Part shown: positions 52,122 through 59,937 of the stretch, piece by piece
Numbering within the stretch: the first letter of the stretch is position 1
Layout of the letters: every line of letters begins with the position of its first letter
Origin: an uncultured Acidimicrobiales bacterium
GTDB taxonomy: Bacteria > Actinomycetota > Acidimicrobiia > Acidimicrobiales > VFJN01
Reading direction: 5' to 3'
Length of the DNA stretch: 64,000 bases
Assembly (NCBI GenBank): GCA_963796415.1
Contig: CAWCLR010000012.1
Coordinates: 106,145-170,144, forward strand
The notes under the pieces: generated by a model
Databases searched by the model: none
Seen by the model: only the letters and a program-made list of their open reading frames with translations
Told to the model about the DNA's origin: nothing
Made by a program: the position numbers and the translations under genes

Positions 52122-54651
52122 CCTCACCGTCGCCGACGAGCGCCGGCTCGCGCTCTTCGGCGTCCTCGTGGCCGTCGCCGGGGGCCGCCTCGGGTGAGGC
52201 GGCGGCGATGGCGACACCCTCCTGCGACGCCCGGACCAGGCCGCGGACGATCAGCACGAGCGCCAGCGCCGCCACCGCGTAGGCCACGAACCCGGCCCCG
52301 AACGTGACGTTGATGCCGAAGAACATCGCGAGCAGCGCGCCGAACACCGAGGCCACCACCGACATCGCCCCGTTGATGCCCCACAGGAACGCCGTGGGGG
52401 CCCCGGCGCGCCGCGAGGCGACGCCCATGCCGATGGCGAACGGCATGCCCATGGCGAGCGCCAGCGGCGCCAGCAGGGCGACCGCCGTGCCCACCCGCTC
52501 GAACGTCGTGCCGCCCGCCATCGCATCGGTGACGGGCTCGGTGAGGAACCGGAACAGGACGATGATCCCGAGCAGCGCCCCGATCGGGACCAGCAGCGAG
52601 CGCGGCCGGTCGGGATCGACGACCTTCTCGACCAGCATGCTGCCGATGCCGCTGAACAGCAGCACCGAGAACAGGACGACCGCCAGCGCGTACGTGGGGT
52701 GGCCCAGGAACGTGTTGAGGCGCTGGAGCTGCGAGAACTCGACCAGCATGAACCCGAGCCCGATGCCGGCGAAGTACAGGTAGAAGGGCGCCATGCCCGC
52801 GTGTTGGGTGCGCCGCCCCATGTGGATGAGCGGTCCGCCGATGCACACGGCGGCCAGCAGCAGCACGGCGAGGGCGAGCGAGCCGAGGACCAGCACCGGC
52901 CGGAAGACGAGGTCCTCGGAGAAGCCCTCGCCCGACAGGAACGTGCCGAGCGAGGCCATCTGGAAGAAGAACGGCCGGTCGTCGGTGGGCGGCGACAGGT
53001 CCTCGTCGAAGGTGGCCAGGCCCGCGTCGGGGCCGCCGGGGGCGACGAGGTCGGCGAAGCGCTCGTCGGCCACGTCGGTGGGGGTCAGGATCGGCCGGAA
53101 GCCGAGGCGCTCGGCGCTCTCGGCGGTGACGGTGATCTGGTCGTCGGTCAGCGGCTCGGGGCTGATGAGGATCGTGGCCGCGCTGGTGCCGTACGGGCCG
53201 GGCGCGCCCTCGTAGATGAGCATGTGGTCGCGCGGGTCCTCGGCGCCGTTGCGGGTCAGCACCTCGCTGGCGAGCGACGCGGTGCGCAGCGTCTCGAACG
53301 GCTCGGTGCCGGGGCCGGTGTTGTACCAGCGCGAGATCGAGAGCATGCCCCCCGGCTCGAGCCGGTCGAAGAACGTCTCCCAGGCGTCGACCGTGTAGAG
53401 CGAGTTCTCGCTGAGGGCGAAGGCGCCGGCCGACGTCGCCGCCCAGGTGTCGATGAGCGAGATCTGGATGACGTCGAACCGCCTGTCGGTGCGGGTCAGC
53501 CACGACCGGGCCTCGTCGTTGACCAGATCGACCCGCGGATCGCCCTCGAGGTTCGTGTAGTCGCCGAGATCGTCGGTGACGAGGTCGAGGATGTTGCCGT
53601 TGATCTCGATGCCGGTCACCTCGTCGGCGCCGAACTCGAGGCCGGCGAGCACGTCACGACCGCCGCCGACCCCGATGACGGCGGAGGTGTCGAAGCCGGC
53701 GTCCTCGAGCGCGTAGTAGCCGAGGTTCGTGATGTCGTAGCGGAGGAAGTCGGTGGTCGCCTCGTCGCCGTCGTACCCGGTGATCATCGTGCCGGCAGTG
53801 CCGTCGATGACCATCGGCATCTGCGGCAGGGCGATGCCGTCGGGCAGCGCGGGGCTCATGCCGTAGCCCGTCGGCGGGCCGACATCCGAGGGCTGCCCGT
53901 CCACGGTGACGCGCGAGAAGGCGTTCCACCGGTCATGGGTGTGCAGCTGGTCCTGGGACTCCTTGGCCCACAGGATGCGGATGAACGGGTTGCCCTGCGC
54001 GTGCCGGTACGAGTTGGCCGCGGTGACCCCCACCAGCACGACGACCACGAGGACGGACAGCACCCGGCCGCCGCGCAGGCCGGCGTCGACGGCGAACATC
54101 AGGCTGCCGACCGCGGCCAGAGCGCCGATGGCGATGACGAGGCTGGGCCCGTCGAGCCAGTTGAAGGCGACGACGAGCAGGACGCACCCGAGGCTGGCGC
54201 CGACGAGATCGGCGGCGTACAGGCGGTTGACCCGCCGGGGGAACCGGGTCAGGGCCAGGGCCACCACGACGCCGCTGAACACGAACGGCACCGAGATCAC
54301 GACGCACGTCAGGACGACGGACGAGACCCCGGCCATCGTCATCCGGGGGACGAAGGGGATGGCCAGCTGGACGCAGAACGCCACCGCGACGCTGGCGGCG
54401 AAGGCCAGCGAGAAGCGCCACATCTGCCGCTTCACCTTGGCGTCGGTGAACGACTGGGGCCGCAGGTGGACGATCAGCGCGCCGACCGTCAGGCCGAAGA
54501 GGGCCACCGAGATGGCGACGAAGGCGAAGTGGTACCACATCGTGACGCTGAAGATCCGCGTCAGCACGATCTCGTACATCAGCGTCGTCAGCGTGACCAC
54601 GAACAGGCCGGCGTACGTCGTCGCCCGGGCGCGCAAGCCAGACTCCCCCAT
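52102..54651 (-). CDS. polytopic membrane protein with central spermidine-synthase-like (SpeE/class I MTase fold) domain
   Basis: ATG at 54651. About 7 N-terminal TM helices, then a soluble domain with VIGVGGGRDVLAGL...GIEINGNI...DVIQISLID...EPGGMLSI, then a second multi-TM block. 849 aa. The upstream 427 aa of track ORF 52102..55932 is read-through over the thiolase gene. Confidence 0.8.
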   Translation of the reverse strand: MGESGLRARATTYAGLFVVTLTTLMYEIVLTRIFSVTMWYHFAFVAISVALFGLTVGALIVHLRPQSFTDAKVKRQMWRFSLAFAASVAVAFCVQLAIPFVPRMTMAGVSSVVLTCVVISVPFVFSGVVVALALTRFPRRVNRLYAADLVGASLGCVLLVVAFNWLDGPSLVIAIGALAAVGSLMFAVDAGLRGGRVLSVLVVVVLVGVTAANSYRHAQGNPFIRILWAKESQDQLHTHDRWNAFSRVTVDGQPSDVGPPTGYGMSPALPDGIALPQMPMVIDGTAGTMITGYDGDEATTDFLRYDITNLGYYALEDAGFDTSAVIGVGGGRDVLAGLEFGADEVTGIEINGNILDLVTDDLGDYTNLEGDPRVDLVNDEARSWLTRTDRRFDVIQISLIDTWAATSAGAFALSENSLYTVDAWETFFDRLEPGGMLSISRWYNTGPGTEPFETLRTASLASEVLTRNGAEDPRDHMLIYEGAPGPYGTSAATILISPEPLTDDQITVTAESAERLGFRPILTPTDVADERFADLVAPGGPDAGLATFDEDLSPPTDDRPFFFQMASLGTFLSGEGFSEDLVFRPVLVLGSLALAVLLLAAVCIGGPLIHMGRRTQHAGMAPFYLYFAGIGLGFMLVEFSQLQRLNTFLGHPTYALAVVLFSVLLFSGIGSMLVEKVVDPDRPRSLLVPIGALLGIIVLFRFLTEPVTDAMAGGTTFERVGTAVALLAPLALAMGMPFAIGMGVASRRAGAPTAFLWGINGAMSVVASVFGALLAMFFGINVTFGAGFVAYAVAALALVLIVRGLVRASQEGVAIAAASPEAAPGDGHEDAEEREPALVGDGEVRPASG

Positions 54652-54794
54652 TGTTGCCAAAGATGTCCCTCCCCCGGTTGGTCCGCCCCGGAAGGGTGGT
54701 CTACACGATCCGCGTGCAGCGTGCCACAGCCCGCTGCAATCGTCGTGCGCGCGCCGGGCGGCCAGCGGCGCACGATCCGGCGGGGCCCGGAGGG

Positions 54795-55982
54795 TCAGAC
54801 GGACACGATGACCGAGCTGCCGTGGCCGAAGAGACCCTGGTTGGCCGTGATGCCGACCCTGGCGCCCTCGACCTGGCGGCCCTCGGCGCGGCCTCGGAGC
54901 TGCCAGGCCACCTCGCACACCTGCGCCAGCGCCTGCGCCGGCACGGCCTCGCCGAAGCACGCCAGCCCGCCCGACGGGTTGACCGGCACCCGCCCGCCGA
55001 CCGTCGTCTCGCCCGCGCGCACGAGCTGCTCGGCGTCCCCGGGCTTGCACAGGCCGATGTTCTCGTACCAGTCGAGCTCGAGGGCCGTGGACAGGTCGTA
55101 GACCTCGGCCAGCGACACGTCCTCGGGCCCGAGCCCGGCCTCCTCGTAGGCGGCGTGGGCGATCGAGTCGCGGAAGGTCAGGTCCGCGGCCGGCACCGTG
55201 ACCGTCGAGTCGGTGGCGAAGTTCGGCATCTCGATGACCGTGTTCGGGAACGTCGGGGCCACCGTCGCCACCGCCCGCAGGCGCAGGGCGTCGAGCCCCC
55301 GGCTCCGGGCGAACTCGGAGGACGTGAGCACGACGGCCGCACCCCCGTCGGACGTGGCGCAGATGTCGAGCAGGTGCAGCGGGTCGGCCACCACGGGCGA
55401 CGCCAGCACGTCCTCCAGCGCCACCTCCTTCCGGTAGCGGGCGTACGGGTTGGCGAGGCCATGGCGGGCGTTCTTGACCTTGACCGCGGCGAAGTCCTCG
55501 GCGGTGGCGCCGTAGAGGTCCATGCGGCGCCGCGCGTAGAGAGCGAAGTACGCCGGGTTGGTCATGCCGAGCAGCCGGAAGCGCAGCCAGTCGGGGTCGT
55601 CCCACCGCTCGCCCACGTTGGGGGCGAGGAAGCCCTTCGGCGTCGTGTCGGCGCCGACGACGAGGGCCACGTCGCACATGCCGGCGAGGATCCGGGCCCG
55701 GGCCGTGTCGAGGGCCTGGGCCCCGGTGGCGCAGGCCGCGTAGGCGGTGGCGACGCGGGCGCCGTTCCAGCCGAGGGCCTGGGCGAAGGTGGCGCCGGCG
55801 ACGTAGCCGGCGTAGCCGTTGCGCACGGTCTCGCCGCCGACGACGAGCTGGACGTCGGACCAGTCGAGCCCGGCGTCGGCCAGCGCGGCCCGGGCCGCGT
55901 GCACGCCGTAGGACTGGAAGGGCCGGCCCCACTTGCCCCAGGGGTGCATGCCGACTCCGACGATGGCGACGTCGTTGCTCAC
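54795..55982 (-). CDS. thiolase-fold lipid-transfer (SCP-x/Ltp-type) protein
   Basis: VAIVGVGMHPWGKW..., active-site region ACATGAQAL, C-terminal NPSGGL...GHGSS. Confidence 0.9.
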   Translation of the reverse strand: MSNDVAIVGVGMHPWGKWGRPFQSYGVHAARAALADAGLDWSDVQLVVGGETVRNGYAGYVAGATFAQALGWNGARVATAYAACATGAQALDTARARILAGMCDVALVVGADTTPKGFLAPNVGERWDDPDWLRFRLLGMTNPAYFALYARRRMDLYGATAEDFAAVKVKNARHGLANPYARYRKEVALEDVLASPVVADPLHLLDICATSDGGAAVVLTSSEFARSRGLDALRLRAVATVAPTFPNTVIEMPNFATDSTVTVPAADLTFRDSIAHAAYEEAGLGPEDVSLAEVYDLSTALELDWYENIGLCKPGDAEQLVRAGETTVGGRVPVNPSGGLACFGEAVPAQALAQVCEVAWQLRGRAEGRQVEGARVGITANQGLFGHGSSVIVSV

Positions 55983-56431
55983 TGCCCGCTCCCCTCGGCC
56001 ACCGGCTTCCAGCGCCAGATCGTGCGGTCGACGCCGTCGTCGTCGGTGTAGAGCGTCTCGACGACCAGCTCGACCGGCGCCCCGACCGTCAGGTCGTCGA
56101 CGCCGTACCCCGCCGCCACCTGGCCGAGCACCACCAGGCCCTCGTCGGCGAGCTCGACCGCGGCCAGCGCGAACGGCTCATAGGGGTCGGTGGCGGGGAT
56201 GTAGGGGGGCGGCGGCTGGTAACGGGCGTCGGTGTAGGACCAGATGCGCCCGGTCCGCGACAGCTCGACCTCGTCGAACGCCTCCCCCGTGCACCCCGGG
56301 TTGCGGCAGAACGCCTCCTCACGCGGGAAGAACACGGTGGCGCAGGCCGTGCACCGGCTGCCGAGCAGCGCGGGCCGGCCCTCGGTGGTGAACCACCCCT
56401 CAACGGCGGGGGCGGCGGTCGCACTCGGCAT
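55979..56431 (-). CDS. OB-fold/Zn-ribbon DUF35 protein (thiolase partner)
   Basis: A CxxC...CxxxxC rubredoxin-like knuckle (CTACATVFFPREEAFCRNPGC) followed by an OB fold. ATGA overlap with the thiolase start. Confidence 0.9.
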   Translation of the reverse strand: MPSATAAPAVEGWFTTEGRPALLGSRCTACATVFFPREEAFCRNPGCTGEAFDEVELSRTGRIWSYTDARYQPPPPYIPATDPYEPFALAAVELADEGLVVLGQVAAGYGVDDLTVGAPVELVVETLYTDDDGVDRTIWRWKPVAEGSGQ

Positions 56432-56455
56432 GGTGCTCCTCTCGAGCGGAGAGTT

Positions 56456-56472
56456 CCTGACACACCGTCAGA
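56456..56472. promoter_or_regulatory. dyad CCTGAC-acacc-GTCAGA (followed by GATC) upstream of the DUF35-thiolase operon
   Basis: Same half-sites and spacing as 49547-49563. 25 nt upstream of the DUF35 ATG. Confidence 0.45.
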
Positions 56473-56542
56473 GATCGCTGCCGAGTGTGCCATAGCGCGG
56501 GTTTGAGGGCGAGTTGCGGCCCGTGTTAGGAAAGCGGATCGC

Positions 56543-56564
56543 AAAGCCCCGAAGCCGGGGTTTT
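56543..56564 (+). other. A/T-flanked stem-loop AAAGCCCCG-aagc-CGGGGTTTT 19 nt upstream of the dtxR-like start
   Basis: Read directly. Terminator-like shape in a divergent promoter region. Function unknown. Confidence 0.3.
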
Positions 56565-56582
56565 GAATAGCCCAAACCCTGT

Positions 56583-57308
56583 ATGCAGCACACCGAGTTC
56601 ACCCGCACCGAACGAGAAGCCCTCAAGGCCATCTACCGCTTCACGCGGGATGGCTCCGAGGCGCACACCGGCACGCTCGCCGACCGGCTCGGCCTGTCGC
56701 CCGGCACGGTCACCACCCTGGTCAAGCGCCTGGCCGACCGGGGACTGGTCGACCACCGGCCCTACCAGGGCGTCACGTTCACCGACGACGGCCGCCGCGC
56801 CGCCGTCGCCGCCATCCGCCGCCACCGCATCGTCGAGCGCTTCCTCGCCGACATGCTGGGCTACGCCTGGAACGAGGCCGACGAGCTGGCCGTGTCGTTC
56901 GAGCACGACCTGCCCGACGAGGTCACCGAGCGCCTGTATGTGGCGCTGCACCGGCCCGACACCTGCCCGCACGGCTTCCCGATCCCGCGGGCCGAGGCCC
57001 ACGACGTGCCCAACACGCCCGAGCTGTACGACCTCGAGCCCGGCGACGTCGCCGAGGTGGCCGTGTCGGGGTCGACCGACGCAGAGATCCTCTCGTTCCT
57101 CGGCACCCTCGGCGTCGTGCCCGGCGTCGAGGTGGCCGTCGTCGAGAAGCACCCGTTCGACGGGCCGCTCGTGGTCCGCATCGACGGCCAGACCCGCACC
57201 ATCGGCCAGCGCGTGGCCCGCCAGGTCTACGTCACCCGCACCCTGAGGACCCACGCCGGCTCGGCCGGCGAGCCAGTCGGGGCCTCCACGTCCGAGTCAA
57301 CCGAGTAA
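56583..57308 (+). CDS. DtxR/IdeR/MntR family metal-dependent regulator with C-terminal FeoA/SH3-like domain
   Basis: HTH TGTLADRLGLSPGTVTTLVKRLADRGLV, dimerisation/metal region RRHRIVERFLADMLGY...SFEHDL, FeoA-like tail LEPGDVAEV...VVRIDGQTRTIG. Confidence 0.9.
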   Translation: MQHTEFTRTEREALKAIYRFTRDGSEAHTGTLADRLGLSPGTVTTLVKRLADRGLVDHRPYQGVTFTDDGRRAAVAAIRRHRIVERFLADMLGYAWNEADELAVSFEHDLPDEVTERLYVALHRPDTCPHGFPIPRAEAHDVPNTPELYDLEPGDVAEVAVSGSTDAEILSFLGTLGVVPGVEVAVVEKHPFDGPLVVRIDGQTRTIGQRVARQVYVTRTLRTHAGSAGEPVGASTSESTE

Positions 57309-57334
57309 CCCACGATCTAGGGGGAGACGCAACG

Positions 57335-59764
57335 ATGCAGCTCTTCGCCGCCGAAGGCGGCTGGCAGGAATTCACCCTCGCAGGGGGTGAATGGTTCGTC
57401 CTGATCGGCTCCGCGCTCACCGCGCTCCTCGCCATCGCCGTGGGCTTCCTGCTCATGCGCGGCGTGCTGGCCGAGGACCAGGGCACACCCAAGATGATCG
57501 AGATCGCCAAGGCGATCCAGGAAGGCGCGCTCGCCTACCTGAAGCGGCAGTTCCGCACGATCGGCTTCATCCTGATCCCGTTGGCGCTCATCGTGTTCGT
57601 CACGTCGGTGGCGGTCGAGAAGCCGGGCGGCGTCGAGGCGTTGTCGTTCTTCGAGTCGGGCTCGTTCCGCACGTTGGCGTTCATCGCCGGCTGCGTCCTG
57701 TCGGGCCTCACCGGCTTCATCGGCATGAGCCTGGCCGTGCGCGGGAACGTCCGCACCGCCGCCGCGGCCCGCACGGGCGAGATGGCGCCCGCGCTGCAGG
57801 TGGCGTTTCGCACGGGCGGGGTCTGCGGCATGTTCTGTGTGGGCCTGGGCCTCCTCGGCGCCACGCTCATCATGATGGTGTTCCAGAACACCAGCTCGGC
57901 GATCCTCATCGGGTTCGGGTTCGGCGGCTCGCTGCTCGCCCTGTTCCTGCGGGTCGGCGGCGGCATCTTCACCAAGGCGGCCGACGTGGGCGCCGACCTC
58001 GTCGGCAAGGTCGAGGCCGGCATCCCCGAGGACGACCCCCGCAACCCGGCCACCATCGCCGACAACGTCGGCGACAACGTGGGCGACTGCGCCGGCATGG
58101 CCTCCGACCTGTTCGAGTCGTACGAGGTCACCCTCGTGGCCTCGATCATCCTCGGCGTCCCGGCGTTCCAGCGGATCTTCCCCGACAACCCTGAGCTGTG
58201 GGCCGTCGGCGCCCTCTTCCCGCTCGCTGCCCGTGCGGTCGGCGTGCTGGCCTCGATCGTGGGCGTGTTCATGGTGCGGGCCCGCAGCACGGACCATTCG
58301 GCCATGGCCCCCATCAACCGGGGCTTCCTCACCGCCGGCGTGCTGACCGTGCTCGGCACCCTCGCCACCGCCCTCGTGTACGTGGGCAACCCTGCAGGCC
58401 TGATCTCCAACGTCGGGTGGCGCATGTTCGGCGCAGTCGTGATCGGCCTGATCCTGGCGCAGGTGGCCAGCCGCATCACCGAGTACTTCACCTCCACCGA
58501 GACCGCCCCCGTGCGCGAGATCGCCGATGCGACCGAGACCGGCCCGGCCACGACCGTGCTCGCCGGCACGTCGTCGGGCCTCGAGTCATCGGTGTGGGCA
58601 GTCATCGCCATCGCCGTCGCCCTCGGCGCCGCCATCGGGCTCGGAGCCGGCGACACGCAGTTCACGCTGTACCTCGTCGCCCTGACCGGCATGGGCATGC
58701 TCGCCACCACGGGCGTGGTGGTATCCGAGGACACGTTCGGCCCCGTGGCCGACAACGCCGCCGGCATCGCCGAGATGACCGGCGAGTTCCACGGCGAGGC
58801 CCAGCGGGTCATGGTCAACCTCGACGCGGTGGGCAACACCACCAAGGCCGTCACCAAGGGCTTCGCCATCGGCTCGGCCGTCATCGCCGCCGTGGCCCTG
58901 TTCGCCAGCTTCATCGAGATCTCGGGCACCGAGGTGTTCTCGGCCGAGCGCGTCGAGGAGCTGAAGAACACGGCGGGAGGCATCTTCGGCGCCATCCCGA
59001 TCAACGTGGCCAACCCCAAGGTGTTCATCGGCCTGCTGATCGGCGGCGCCGTGCCGTTCCTGTTCTCGTCGCTGGCCATCCGGGCCGTGGGCCGCACCGC
59101 CGGCGTCGTGGTGCAGGAGGTGCGCAACCAGTTCGCCGACGGCAAGATCATGTCGGGCGAGAAGCGGCCCGACTACGCCCCGGTCATCGACATCTGCACC
59201 CGGGCCTCGCTCCGCGAGCTCACCACCCCGGCCCTCCTGGCCGTGCTGACGCCGGTCATCATCGGCTTCGGCATCGGCTACACCGCGCTGGGCGCCTTCC
59301 TGGCGGCGGTGATCCTCGTAGGCCAGCTCATGGCCAACTACCTGTCGAACGCCGGTGGGGCGTGGGACAACGCCAAGAAGTACATCGAGGATGGCCACCA
59401 CGGCGGCAAGGGCTCAGAAGCCCACGTCGCCGCGGTCATCGGCGACACGGTCGGCGACCCGTTCAAGGACACGGCCGGCCCGGCCCTCAACCCGCTCATC
59501 AAGGTGATGAACCTGGTGTCGCTGCTGATCCTGCCGGCGATCATCAGCATGTCGAACATCGGGGACAACGTCCTCGACACCACGCCCAAGGCGGGCGGCT
59601 ACGTCGTTGCCGCCATCGCCCTGGTCGTGCTGCTGGGGGCCATCGCTTTCTCGAAGCGCGAGGGCGCCGGCATCGCCGGGCCTGGTGGCGGCAGTCCCGG
59701 CGGCACGGAGAACGGCCAGGGGCCGACCGACGTCGCCGAGGAAGTGACCGCGCCGGTGAGCTGA
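57335..59764 (+). CDS. hppA: membrane-bound proton-translocating pyrophosphatase
   Basis: 809-aa intact ORF with signature blocks GGGIFTKAADVGADLVGKVE, DNVGDNVGDCAGM and GDTVGDPFKDTAGP. GGGGGAG RBS. Confidence 0.95.
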   Translation: MQLFAAEGGWQEFTLAGGEWFVLIGSALTALLAIAVGFLLMRGVLAEDQGTPKMIEIAKAIQEGALAYLKRQFRTIGFILIPLALIVFVTSVAVEKPGGVEALSFFESGSFRTLAFIAGCVLSGLTGFIGMSLAVRGNVRTAAAARTGEMAPALQVAFRTGGVCGMFCVGLGLLGATLIMMVFQNTSSAILIGFGFGGSLLALFLRVGGGIFTKAADVGADLVGKVEAGIPEDDPRNPATIADNVGDNVGDCAGMASDLFESYEVTLVASIILGVPAFQRIFPDNPELWAVGALFPLAARAVGVLASIVGVFMVRARSTDHSAMAPINRGFLTAGVLTVLGTLATALVYVGNPAGLISNVGWRMFGAVVIGLILAQVASRITEYFTSTETAPVREIADATETGPATTVLAGTSSGLESSVWAVIAIAVALGAAIGLGAGDTQFTLYLVALTGMGMLATTGVVVSEDTFGPVADNAAGIAEMTGEFHGEAQRVMVNLDAVGNTTKAVTKGFAIGSAVIAAVALFASFIEISGTEVFSAERVEELKNTAGGIFGAIPINVANPKVFIGLLIGGAVPFLFSSLAIRAVGRTAGVVVQEVRNQFADGKIMSGEKRPDYAPVIDICTRASLRELTTPALLAVLTPVIIGFGIGYTALGAFLAAVILVGQLMANYLSNAGGAWDNAKKYIEDGHHGGKGSEAHVAAVIGDTVGDPFKDTAGPALNPLIKVMNLVSLLILPAIISMSNIGDNVLDTTPKAGGYVVAAIALVVLLGAIAFSKREGAGIAGPGGGSPGGTENGQGPTDVAEEVTAPVS

Positions 59765-59791
59765 GCGGGCTCGCTCGTCGGACGTCATCAC

Positions 59792-59825
59792 GACGGGAGC
59801 GGGGGCTGGAGCCCCCGCTCCCGTC
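59792..59825 (+). terminator. perfect 16-bp-stem hairpin GACGGGAGCGGGGGCT-gg-AGCCCCCGCTCCCGTC after hppA
   Basis: Read directly, 28 nt after the hppA stop. No T-tract. Confidence 0.6.
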
Positions 59826-59863
59826 GCGTCCGGCGGCGTGTGATGCGGTCCGCAGCACATCGC

Positions 59864-59896
59864 ATTCACCTTTCGTCCATCCTTCGTTCGCTTTGT
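59864..59896 (+). promoter_or_regulatory. candidate PHO box: three tandem 11-nt direct-repeat units ATTCACCTTTC GTCCATCCTTC GTTCGCTTTGT
   Basis: The units resemble the actinobacterial PhoP repeat unit (GTTCACC-type). They sit 42-74 nt upstream of the phoX-like start in an AT-richer patch. Confidence 0.5.
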
Positions 59897-59937
59897 GGGA
59901 CGATGCGTCGGTCCGGGCGAGATCAAGGGGGACATTC

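Noticed and set aside
52102-55932. Single 1276-aa ORF suggesting a giant protein covering the thiolase region.
   Set aside because: The N-terminal 427 aa are low-complexity Arg/Pro/Gly. They overlap the thiolase gene, which is in a different frame and has clear motifs. The credible start is the ATG at 54651.
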